Sequence record: SRR22947725_5055
Strand: one strand, 5' to 3'
Length of the DNA stretch: 37,508 bases
This document shows, piece after piece, positions 1-8,213 of this stretch. Numbering within the stretch: the first letter of the stretch is position 1; every line of letters begins with the position of its first letter. Position numbers and translations under genes: made by a program. Below the pieces are notes generated by a model. That model did not search any database. It saw nothing but the letters and a program-made list of their open reading frames with translations, and was not told the origin of the DNA.

Positions 1-807
1 CGTAAGGCTCGTTATGGAAGACAGTTAAAAATGGGTTTGTTTGATCGGGAGGTTGCTCCTCTCAGTAATCCAGAACACGAGGAATGGAAATATTTATCAG
101 ATCAGGAAAAAGAAGAGGAGGCCTTACGGATGCAGATTCATGCTGCGATGGTGGACCGGATGGATCAGAATATTGGTCGACTTCTTCAAAAGTTGGAAGA
201 ACTTAGAAAGTTGGAAAACACCCTAATTATTTTTCTTGTGGACAATGGAGCCAGTCATGAGCGACCGAGAAAAAAAGTTTGGGATCCTGAAGCAGAGTGG
301 GGTAGTGTCGGTTCTTTTGAAGCGATTGGACAATCCTGGGCAAATGCAATTAACAGTCCTTTCAAGAAGTGGAAGGTGCAGGGTATGGAGGGAGGAATCT
401 GTACTCCCATGATTGCGTATTGGCCGGAAGGGATCAAATTACCTGTAAATACAATTTCACCTGAACCCTGCCATTTGATTGATTTTGTACCCACTTTTAT
501 GGAATTAGCAGGGGATGAGGCAAAATATCCAAGTAAACTTCCAGGATTGGATGGAATTTCATTAGTCCCGACTTTTTCTGGGAAGAAATTAATCCGTACA
601 AACCCACTGTTTTTTCAATACGGGAGTTGGCAAGCGATTCGGCAGAATAAATGGAAATTAGTGCAGCGAAAACAAGAACCTTGGCAATTATACGATCTAG
701 ACCAAGATCGGACCGAAACACATGATCTTGCCGGTAAATTTTCCGAGCGAGTTAAGCACATGAAAAAGTTATGGGATAGTTGGGCGAGGGAAGTCGGTGT
801 CAAATAA
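1..807 (+). CDS. Arylsulfatase (S1 family), C-terminal part; 5'-truncated by the window edge
   Basis: Frame is open from base 1. Motifs AAMVDRMDQNIGRLL, NTLIIFLVDNGA, EGGICTPMIAYWP, HLIDFVPT and WQLYDLDQDRTETHDLA are typical of a sulfatase C-terminal half. Confidence 0.9.
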   Translation, partial: RKARYGRQLKMGLFDREVAPLSNPEHEEWKYLSDQEKEEEALRMQIHAAMVDRMDQNIGRLLQKLEELRKLENTLIIFLVDNGASHERPRKKVWDPEAEWGSVGSFEAIGQSWANAINSPFKKWKVQGMEGGICTPMIAYWPEGIKLPVNTISPEPCHLIDFVPTFMELAGDEAKYPSKLPGLDGISLVPTFSGKKLIRTNPLFFQYGSWQAIRQNKWKLVQRKQEPWQLYDLDQDRTETHDLAGKFSERVKHMKKLWDSWAREVGVK

Positions 808-936
808 TAGAATGAGTAGAAACTGGCTGATTTTATTTGCGAAGAATATAGCATTTGAAAAAACTTTACTCAAGTTTGGGGAAAGTGTTGTGAATTCGAA
901 TGTAATCACTCAATAGTGAAAAAATAACAAGATTTT

Positions 937-1683
937 ATGATCCAGCGAATCTTTCTTTTTCTAGCATTACTCTTACAGGCCGGACAAATTTGTCATGGGG
1001 AGATCCAAGATCCAACCCATTCAGACCTGAGGTATAGTGGTGACTATAAACGAAGCCAATTGGACTTATGGTTGTCTGAATCAAAAAAACCAACCCCTTT
1101 GGTGGTAAATTTTCATGGGGGCGGCTTTAGAAAGGGAGATAAGCGATCTTTTCAGAGAAATTCCATGTTGCAAAATAATTTAGCAAGAGGAATTTCCTTT
1201 GCCAGTGTTAATTATCCATACATTGATCAGGTGGAAGGGGATCATCGGAAGTTACTTGAGCATTGTGCAGAATCGATTAAATTTATTAAGAAAAATGCGA
1301 GGAAGTATAATATTGATAAAAACCGGATTTCAGTAATGGGAAATTCAGCCGGTGCATTAATTACCTGCTTTCTTGGACATGCTCAAAATTTGGGCATTCG
1401 CTCAATCTATCCAATTCAACAGCCCAAGGGCACACCTTTATTACTCCCTCATATTCGTGCAGACGGACCGCCGATCATAGTGTATAATCGCTCCGATCTA
1501 AATGATCAGATACATCATCCAAGATTTGCGGTAATGATACAAAAAAAATGTGAAGAATTAGGAGTTCAATGCATTGCCTATGGGGTGGAGGATTCTGGCT
1601 TACGCACTTTACCCGAGGGAAAAGATGTGAATGATTTAGCAATGCAATTTTTTAAGAAGTCCTGGGAATCCAAAAAAAAATGA
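937..1683 (+). CDS. Secreted alpha/beta hydrolase (BD-FAE-like carboxylesterase)
   Basis: N-terminal signal peptide, HGGGF oxyanion motif, GNSAG nucleophile elbow, D..H near the C-terminus. Confidence 0.8.
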   Translation: MIQRIFLFLALLLQAGQICHGEIQDPTHSDLRYSGDYKRSQLDLWLSESKKPTPLVVNFHGGGFRKGDKRSFQRNSMLQNNLARGISFASVNYPYIDQVEGDHRKLLEHCAESIKFIKKNARKYNIDKNRISVMGNSAGALITCFLGHAQNLGIRSIYPIQQPKGTPLLLPHIRADGPPIIVYNRSDLNDQIHHPRFAVMIQKKCEELGVQCIAYGVEDSGLRTLPEGKDVNDLAMQFFKKSWESKKK

Positions 1684-2555
1684 ATAACAATATTACAATT
1701 AGTCCAATCGGTTCACGTGTTTCCAAATGGGGTGAAGGTCCAATCTTTTGGAATGATCATCTGTTATATGTAGACATTGAAGGGCATACGCTCATTCGAT
1801 TGAATCCTGAAAGCGGTGACGAAGAATGTTGGGAGATGGGCGAGCGGATTGGAACCGTCGTCCCCCGAAAGGGTGGAGGTTTTTTATGTGCGGGTGATTC
1901 CGGAATCTATACTTTTGACCCGATTACCGGCGAGAAAGTAAATTTGGCTGATCCGGAAGCGGATAAAAGGCCAGATAATCGATTCAATGATGGAAAGTGT
2001 GATCCATCCGGAAGGTTTTGGGCCGGCACAATTAGCACGGTTAAAAAAAGTGGGGATGCCAATCTATACATGTTGGATACGAAGGGAGACCTTAGTTTGA
2101 AGGTGGATCAAGTGACTAATTCAAACGGGATTTGTTGGAATGCGGATGCAACCAAAATGTATTATATAGATACCCCTACGAAGAAAATCATGGCCTATCC
2201 TTTTGATAACAGTAGGGGAGTTTTGTCGGAACCATCTTTGGTGGCTGATACAGGGGTTCTGGATTTAGATGGGTCTCCGGATGGTATGACGATCGATTCG
2301 GAGGATATGCTTTGGGTGGTCATGTGTCATGGCGGAATGGTAGTGAGAATTAACCCGCAGAGTGGAGAACTGGTTCAAAGGGTTGATGTTCCATGTGTGG
2401 AAACAACGGCTTGTGCATTTGGTGGAACAAACTTAGATCGCTTGTTCGTAACCACAGGTGTCCATAAGTCTTTGCAGGAAGAAAATGCAGGGCAAGTTTT
2501 TGTAGTGGATGGACTAGGCATAAAAGGAACCACTGCCTTTGCATTTGCCCAATAA
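1680..2555 (+). CDS. SMP-30/gluconolactonase/LRE family protein (sugar lactonase)
   Basis: GEGP, NRFNDGKCDPSGRFWAGT, SNGICW, PDGMTID and CAFGG motifs; ATGA overlap with the upstream stop. Confidence 0.92.
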   Translation: MNNNITISPIGSRVSKWGEGPIFWNDHLLYVDIEGHTLIRLNPESGDEECWEMGERIGTVVPRKGGGFLCAGDSGIYTFDPITGEKVNLADPEADKRPDNRFNDGKCDPSGRFWAGTISTVKKSGDANLYMLDTKGDLSLKVDQVTNSNGICWNADATKMYYIDTPTKKIMAYPFDNSRGVLSEPSLVADTGVLDLDGSPDGMTIDSEDMLWVVMCHGGMVVRINPQSGELVQRVDVPCVETTACAFGGTNLDRLFVTTGVHKSLQEENAGQVFVVDGLGIKGTTAFAFAQ

Positions 2556-2869
2556 CTCGATTTCAAGGACACAAAACCTCCTGTTTTGGCACGAAATGGG
2601 AGGGGTGCTCGATGGTTTCAGCGGGGAATGGAGGTAATTTTGTTCCTGAATATGAAAGAGCGGCCTCGCGGAATGATTTTGTGAAATGATACAATTCAAA
2701 CTGCGGTTATGTGAGCTGCGAACTGACCAAGAACCACTGAAAAAGTTATTTTCGGGCAACCTCTTATGTCACGAAGAAAGGAGCGCCAATCAAAATGAAA
2801 GCCGTTTTTATGATCGAGGAGGGAAAACCGGGTGCCAAAGTTAGTTTCCGGTGCCTAATCATTCTTTAG
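2556..2869 (+). pseudogene. phoD: Degraded 3' fragment of alkaline phosphatase D (PhoD)
   Basis: Manual translation: LDFKDTKPPV, then a frameshift near 2586-2588, then GTKWEGCSMVSAGNGG...NDFVK*YNSNCGYVSCELTKNH*KSYFRATSYVTKKGAPIKMKAVFMIEEGKPGAK. This resembles the PhoD C-terminus. In-frame TGA at 2687 and 2738; no start codon context or N-terminal part. Confidence 0.75.
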
Positions 2870-2874
2870 GCACC
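2850..2874. terminator. Perfect 9-bp hairpin GGTGCCTAA-N7-TTAGGCACC at the convergent junction; possible terminator
   Basis: Inverted repeat seen directly and overlapping the ThuA stop codon. It lacks a clear U-tract. Confidence 0.3.
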
Positions 2875-3610
2875 ATTTGATTGCATTCCTGAGCAGTTGT
2901 TTAAATGCAGGTTTTTTAAAATCCTCGATGTGCCCCAAAGAAGTGTAGAAAACCTTTGCTTTTGAGGCAGTACGGTTTGTCCACGCAACCGGTTCAGAAG
3001 GGGAGTCCTTGATTCTTCCTTGTAAAAGAACCGTTGAGCTTTTGGATAAAGGATAGTTTTTGTAAAGCGTCGCCGGAGTGGTAAAGGGAAGTTTTACATT
3101 TTGCAATATAGGGTGGGGTACTAACTTCGAAAAATGTTCGATCGAGCAAATTTTTCCTTTGCCGTAATGGCCGTTATAATTTCCACCAATAATTTTCTTG
3201 TCCCATTCGGTCCATACTTGATGACCTTTGGGGACTGGAGAATTTTTAAGATCAAAAGCGTGAGATGTAGTTCGTATACCGATGATCGGTTTTCCCAATG
3301 ATAGATGATTTCGAATGAGGTTCATGGTTTTTTCCTTAAACGCTCTGCGACGAACGCTGATAAAAAGAAGATCAGCATTTTTAATCGCAGAGGAATTCTT
3401 GAGGATATTACGACTTGTTCCTTCTTTGGGAGCTTCGGAAAAATAGAGAATGAATTCCTGAGATAATTTTTTGTGTGCAAATGCGGGAACAGATTGTTCT
3501 GTTTTATATTCTCGCTCCGCTATAATAAAAGTAATGGTTTTCTTTGGGTTTGCAGTAATGGGATGAACGAGCAAGAATCCGACAATAAGAATGATAAAGG
3601 TATTTTTCAT
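2855..3610 (-). CDS. Secreted ThuA-like (class I glutamine amidotransferase-like fold) protein
   Basis: Signal peptide; ADLLFISVRRR, GIRTTSHAF, GGNYNGHY, EPVAWT and VFYTSLGH motifs. Confidence 0.85.
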   Translation of the reverse strand: MKNTFIILIVGFLLVHPITANPKKTITFIIAEREYKTEQSVPAFAHKKLSQEFILYFSEAPKEGTSRNILKNSSAIKNADLLFISVRRRAFKEKTMNLIRNHLSLGKPIIGIRTTSHAFDLKNSPVPKGHQVWTEWDKKIIGGNYNGHYGKGKICSIEHFSKLVPHPILQNVKLPFTTPATLYKNYPLSKSSTVLLQGRIKDSPSEPVAWTNRTASKAKVFYTSLGHIEDFKKPAFKQLLRNAIKWCLKND

Positions 3611-3761
3611 TTAAAAAATTTATTAACGAACTGAAAAAAGGTCGAGTGACAAGCAATGAAAAAATATTTTTTACCGGGCAACCTTTTTGTTTTGAAATAT
3701 CAATTTGTGTTGATATGTTAAAAATGCTTCTATTTAGGAGATTTTATTTATTCTTAATTTT

Positions 3762-4517
3762 ATGAGTTTTTCACTATCACAAAAAGTCGCCCTTGTCACA
3801 GGAAGCAGTCGAGGATTAGGATATGGGGTTGCTCATGCATTAGGGAAAGCGGGTGCCAAGGTGGTTCTTAATTATTTGAATGATCGGGAGTCTGCCGAAA
3901 AGGCTTTGGCAGGGTTAAAATCAGATGGTATTCACGCCATGCTCGTGAGAGCAGATGTTTCTAACCCCGAGCAAATCTCATCCTTGGTTGAGGCTGTTGA
4001 AGAAAAATTTGGCTCTCTAGATATCCTTGTTCCCAATGCAACTCCGGACCAGCCACAAAAACCCATTGAGGAATATGATGCTGATTTTTACCGTCAGATG
4101 TATGATTTTTTTGTGATGAGTCCGTTTCATCTAACTCGCGCAGTTTTACCGGGGATGAAAAAAAGAGGACATGGTCGAATTATAAATATTACGAGTGAAG
4201 TATTCCATTGCTCGGTACCCGAATTTAGTGCTTACGTTGCGGCAAAAGGCGGGCAGATTGGGTGGAGTCGAAGCATGGCAAATGAATTGGCACCGCATGG
4301 AATTACTGTGAACACAGTGGCACCAGGGTGGATTCCCACTGCGCGACATGAAAATGAACCGCAGGATGCAAAAGATGAATATTTAAAAACGATTCCGCTC
4401 GGTCGTTGGGGAAAACCTGAAGATGTAGGCAATGCAGTTTCCTATTTTGCCTCTGATGAGGCTTCCTTTATCACCGGACAAACTTTGTGTGTAAATGGTG
4501 GCCGCACCCCCTGGTAA
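3762..4517 (+). CDS. Short-chain dehydrogenase/reductase (classical SDR)
   Basis: TGSSRGLG Rossmann motif, YVAAK catalytic YxxxK, VNTVAPGWI, FITGQTLCVNGG. Confidence 0.92.
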   Translation: MSFSLSQKVALVTGSSRGLGYGVAHALGKAGAKVVLNYLNDRESAEKALAGLKSDGIHAMLVRADVSNPEQISSLVEAVEEKFGSLDILVPNATPDQPQKPIEEYDADFYRQMYDFFVMSPFHLTRAVLPGMKKRGHGRIINITSEVFHCSVPEFSAYVAAKGGQIGWSRSMANELAPHGITVNTVAPGWIPTARHENEPQDAKDEYLKTIPLGRWGKPEDVGNAVSYFASDEASFITGQTLCVNGGRTPW

Positions 4518-4546
4518 AAAAATTTAATCCTTAATTAAAAATCAAT

Positions 4547-5587
4547 ATGAAGACCTATTCCAAAATACTATCTCTTTTATGCGTGCCAATTCTTGGTTCT
4601 TTTTTCGGTTGCGGAGAAAAGCCCGGTGCAGAAGGTTCCGATTCCCAGGTTTCCTTTGCCTATGTGACCAATGGAGTGGATCCATTTTGGGATTTATGTG
4701 CCGCGGGAGTTCGGATTGCGGAAAAAGAATTTGGTGTCAATTGCGAGGTCCTAATGCCTCCTAAAGGAGTAGTGGACCAAAAGAGAATGATGGAAACCCT
4801 ACTCGCAAAGGGTATAGACGGTATTGCGGTCAGCCCGGTGGATGCCGAGAATCAAACTCCCTTCTTAAACGAGGTGGCCGAAAATACTATTTTGATTACC
4901 AACGACTCGGATGCCCCCAAGAGTAAGCGTTTAGTCTTTATCGGCACGAATAACTATAAGGCTGGTCGAGCTTTAGGGGGGTTGGTTAAGAAAGCACTGC
5001 CTGAAGGTGGTGAGGTGATGCTCTTTGTGGGCCGTCTTGAGCAATTAAATGCCCGCCAAAGAAGGCAGGGCGTAATCGATGAATTATTGGGTCGTCCTGT
5101 ACAAAGCATGGAGCAGGTGAAGTACGATCCGGTGGATGCAACCAATTTGACCACAGGAGGATCAAAATATACGGTTTTAGATACCCGTACGGATAATTTT
5201 GACAAAGCGAGAGCTAAAAGTAACGCAGAAGATGCGATCGCAAAATACAAGGACTTGAAATGTATGGTAGGGCTGTTTGCATATAATTCCCCTTCATGCA
5301 TCGATGCGATTAAGGAGGCGGGGAAGTTAGGAGCCATCAAGATTTGTGGCTTTGATGAACAGGATGCGCTTCTTCAGGCAATTACCGATGGGCATGCTTA
5401 TGGCACCATCAGCCAGCAACCCTGGGAATATGGATATGAATCCATTAAGATGCTAAAGAAAATACTGGAAGGTACTCAACCAGAGAATACTTATCAGGAA
5501 GTTTCATTTCTCGAGGTAACCCAAGATAATATCGGTGAGTTTTGGGCCAAAAAGAAAGAAATGGCTGAACTTGGGAAATCCGAGTAA
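4547..5587 (+). CDS. Sugar ABC transporter substrate-binding lipoprotein (RbsB/Peripla_BP_4 type)
   Basis: Lipobox FFGC; DPFW, GIDGIAVSP, DSDAP, IGTNNYKAG, GFDE and QQPWEYGY motifs. Confidence 0.92.
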   Translation: MKTYSKILSLLCVPILGSFFGCGEKPGAEGSDSQVSFAYVTNGVDPFWDLCAAGVRIAEKEFGVNCEVLMPPKGVVDQKRMMETLLAKGIDGIAVSPVDAENQTPFLNEVAENTILITNDSDAPKSKRLVFIGTNNYKAGRALGGLVKKALPEGGEVMLFVGRLEQLNARQRRQGVIDELLGRPVQSMEQVKYDPVDATNLTTGGSKYTVLDTRTDNFDKARAKSNAEDAIAKYKDLKCMVGLFAYNSPSCIDAIKEAGKLGAIKICGFDEQDALLQAITDGHAYGTISQQPWEYGYESIKMLKKILEGTQPENTYQEVSFLEVTQDNIGEFWAKKKEMAELGKSE

Positions 5588-7096
5588 ATGAGCTCAGGTT
5601 CAGGTCTGCTTCTTGAAGTAAAAGACCTAAAAAAAAGTTTTCCCGGGGTGCTTGCCTTAAAGGGAGTTTCCCTGACACTCGGAAAGGGTGAAGTTATCTC
5701 ACTGATCGGAGAGAATGGTGCGGGGAAAAGCACTCTGATGAAAATCTTGGCCGGTGTTCAACCGGCGGATTCCGGCGATTACCACATTGATGGGCAAAAA
5801 GTTGATTTTAAGAATGTCCGGGAGGCCATGGATTTGGGTATCGCACTTATTCACCAAGAGCTTAACCTGGCCTCCAATCTTGATCTGGCCTCCAATATTT
5901 TCCTGGGCCGTGAACCTGGGAGCAAAGGTTTTATTAATGAACAAAAATTACATACCGAAGCAACGCGGCATTTAAAAAGAGTCGGTCTAAACTTACCCTC
6001 TGAAACACTTGCCGGATCGTTACCAATAGGTAAGCAGCAACTGGTTGAGATTGCGAAAGCTCTCTCCTGTAATGCCCGGGTTTTGATCATGGATGAACCG
6101 ACCAGCAGTCTTTCTCAAAAAGAAACCGAGACCTTGTTCGAAGTGGTGAAGGGTTTGCGTGATGAAGGAATCAGCGTGATTTACATTTCCCATCGATTGG
6201 GCGAAGTAAAGGAACTTTCCGACCGGGTAACCGTATTTCGGGATGGTGAGAATGCAGGGGAATTAGCCAAAGATGAAATCAATCATGATAATATGGTTCG
6301 CTTAATGGTGGGTCGTGAATTGAGTGAATTTTATGACCGAGAAATTCACAAGCCGGGGGATTGCGTACTCAAAGCGGTCAATGTGGTTTCTCCAACCTAT
6401 CCTGAGGTTCCGGTTTCAATTGAGGTGCGGGCGGGTGAAATTGTTGGGATTGCAGGGCTCGTTGGGGCCGGTCGCACAGAATTATTACAGACTTTTTTTG
6501 GTGTCACTCCCTCCCTTGGTGGAGAGTTGGAAGTGCAGGGGGTCAGTTTTTCTCCCCGTTCGCCAGCTGACGCAGTGCATGCCGGTTTGGCACTGGCTCC
6601 TGAAGATCGAAAACAACATGGATTGGTTCTGCCTATGACAGTTCGTGAGAATGCAAGTCTGCCCAGTCTGGAACGGGATCAAAAAATGGGCTTTCTTGAT
6701 CATTCAAAGGAACGAGAAATCGCAGATGTGGCGGTCAAGCAGATGAAAATCAAAACTCCCAGTATTGAACAACCAGCCCGTTTTCTTTCTGGTGGTAATC
6801 AGCAAAAGATTGTCCTCGGGAAATGGTTAGCCATGAATCCCAAACTACTAATGCTTGATGAACCTACCCGCGGAATTGATATCGGTGCGAAAAGGGAGAT
6901 TTACAAGCTTATGGAAAAGCTTGCTGGCAAAGGGATCGCAATTCTTTTTGTTTCCAGCGAAATGGAAGAGGTCTTGGGAATGGCAGACCGGGTTTATGTG
7001 ATGCACGAAGGAGGAATTTCAGGAGAACTTCAAAAGAATCAAATGTCAGAGGAATCAATTATGCAACTTGCCACAGGAGGCTCATTGACGGCTTAA
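5588..7096 (+). CDS. Sugar ABC transporter ATP-binding protein (two NBDs, RbsA/CUT2 type)
   Basis: GENGAGKST, IMDEPTSSL, YISHRL, PEDRK, LSGGNQQK and LDEPTRGID motifs. Confidence 0.96.
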   Translation: MSSGSGLLLEVKDLKKSFPGVLALKGVSLTLGKGEVISLIGENGAGKSTLMKILAGVQPADSGDYHIDGQKVDFKNVREAMDLGIALIHQELNLASNLDLASNIFLGREPGSKGFINEQKLHTEATRHLKRVGLNLPSETLAGSLPIGKQQLVEIAKALSCNARVLIMDEPTSSLSQKETETLFEVVKGLRDEGISVIYISHRLGEVKELSDRVTVFRDGENAGELAKDEINHDNMVRLMVGRELSEFYDREIHKPGDCVLKAVNVVSPTYPEVPVSIEVRAGEIVGIAGLVGAGRTELLQTFFGVTPSLGGELEVQGVSFSPRSPADAVHAGLALAPEDRKQHGLVLPMTVRENASLPSLERDQKMGFLDHSKEREIADVAVKQMKIKTPSIEQPARFLSGGNQQKIVLGKWLAMNPKLLMLDEPTRGIDIGAKREIYKLMEKLAGKGIAILFVSSEMEEVLGMADRVYVMHEGGISGELQKNQMSEESIMQLATGGSLTA

Positions 7097-7100
7097 AATT

Positions 7101-8159
7101 ATGAAAAAAAATGTATTTGGAATATTCGGTCTATTGGTCACGGTCTTTGTAATTACCGCAATTGCAGATCCCAATTTTCTCTCCGCATACAACATGCAAA
7201 ATACGGTCAAGTGGTCGAGTTTGTATGGTGTGATGAGTATCGGGGTCGCTTTTGTAATCATAACGGGCGGAATTGATTTATCCATAGGCTCGGTGGTTGG
7301 GCTGGTTGCAGTGGTGCTTTCTTTTTTCACGAAAATTCAGGGCCTCGATCCGATTGTGGCGATTGGGTTAACTTTACTCATGTCGGTTTTGATTGGATTG
7401 ATTCACGGCTTGCTAATCACCAAGGCGAAGCTTCAGCCCTTTGTGGTAACACTGTGTGGACTGTTGATTTACCGAAGCTTAAGCCGGTGGTTGACTGATA
7501 ATCAATCCTTGGGGCCGTTACCGTTGGAGGGTGATCTAGGATTTGAAAACTTGGAACAGATCCTGATGCTTGATTATATCTTTAGCGGCCAAATTCCAAT
7601 TGGTGACTTTTTCAAACTGCCAACCCCGGCACTATTTCTATTGGTTCTCGCATTGGCCGGTTCGATCTTTTTAAGAAAGACAGTCTGGGGTCGATATTTA
7701 TATGCTTTAGGTAATAATGAAGATGGTGCCCGCTATAGTGGCATCGACACCGATCGCATGAAAATTGTAGCCTATGTATTGTGCTCCTTTTTTGCGGGAA
7801 TTGCGGGAATTCTTTTCGCTTTTGAATTGGGTTCAGTTCAACCTGCCCAGACCGGTGAATTTTACGAACTTTTTGCGATCGCAGCTGCTGTTCTCGGTGG
7901 TTGCAGTCTGCGTGGGGGAGAAGGTTCTATCCTCGGAGTCATAATTGCGGCGGCGGTAATTAGGATAATTTTTAACTCCATTAATATGGTCGGAATTTCA
8001 ACTCACTTGGAATTTGGAATTCTGGGTGTGGTAATTTTGTTGGGTGTGATTGGGGATGAAATGTTAAAAAAGAAAATGGCCGAGAGGCAGGTTGCTGCCA
8101 GCGAGAAACTGGCCGCAGAATTAAGCGAGAAATCAAAGAATAACGAGAACTTGGAATAG
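7101..8159 (+). CDS. Sugar ABC transporter permease (RbsC type)
   Basis: IITGGIDLSIGS, PFVVTL, GRYLYALGNN and YELFAIAAAVLGGCSLRGGEG motifs; multiple TM helices. Confidence 0.95.
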   Translation: MKKNVFGIFGLLVTVFVITAIADPNFLSAYNMQNTVKWSSLYGVMSIGVAFVIITGGIDLSIGSVVGLVAVVLSFFTKIQGLDPIVAIGLTLLMSVLIGLIHGLLITKAKLQPFVVTLCGLLIYRSLSRWLTDNQSLGPLPLEGDLGFENLEQILMLDYIFSGQIPIGDFFKLPTPALFLLVLALAGSIFLRKTVWGRYLYALGNNEDGARYSGIDTDRMKIVAYVLCSFFAGIAGILFAFELGSVQPAQTGEFYELFAIAAAVLGGCSLRGGEGSILGVIIAAAVIRIIFNSINMVGISTHLEFGILGVVILLGVIGDEMLKKKMAERQVAASEKLAAELSEKSKNNENLE

Positions 8160-8213
8160 CTTGTCATTTAATTCTCGGTGACTTTGCCTTCCTTTTTGTT
8201 TTGAGTACATGCT

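Noticed and set aside
2687-2740. TGA recoding (Trp, Gly or Sec) to rescue the phoD-like frame
   Set aside because: TGA ends several intact genes here (stops ending at 1683, 18015, 23215 and 26256) and Trp is encoded by TGG. The fragment also has a frameshift and no N-terminus, so it is a pseudogene.
5867-5896. Direct repeat CTGGCCTCCAAT x2 (LASNLDLASN)
   Set aside because: It lies within the conserved ELNLxxNLxxxxNIFLG segment of sugar ABC ATPases and has normal length; not an array.
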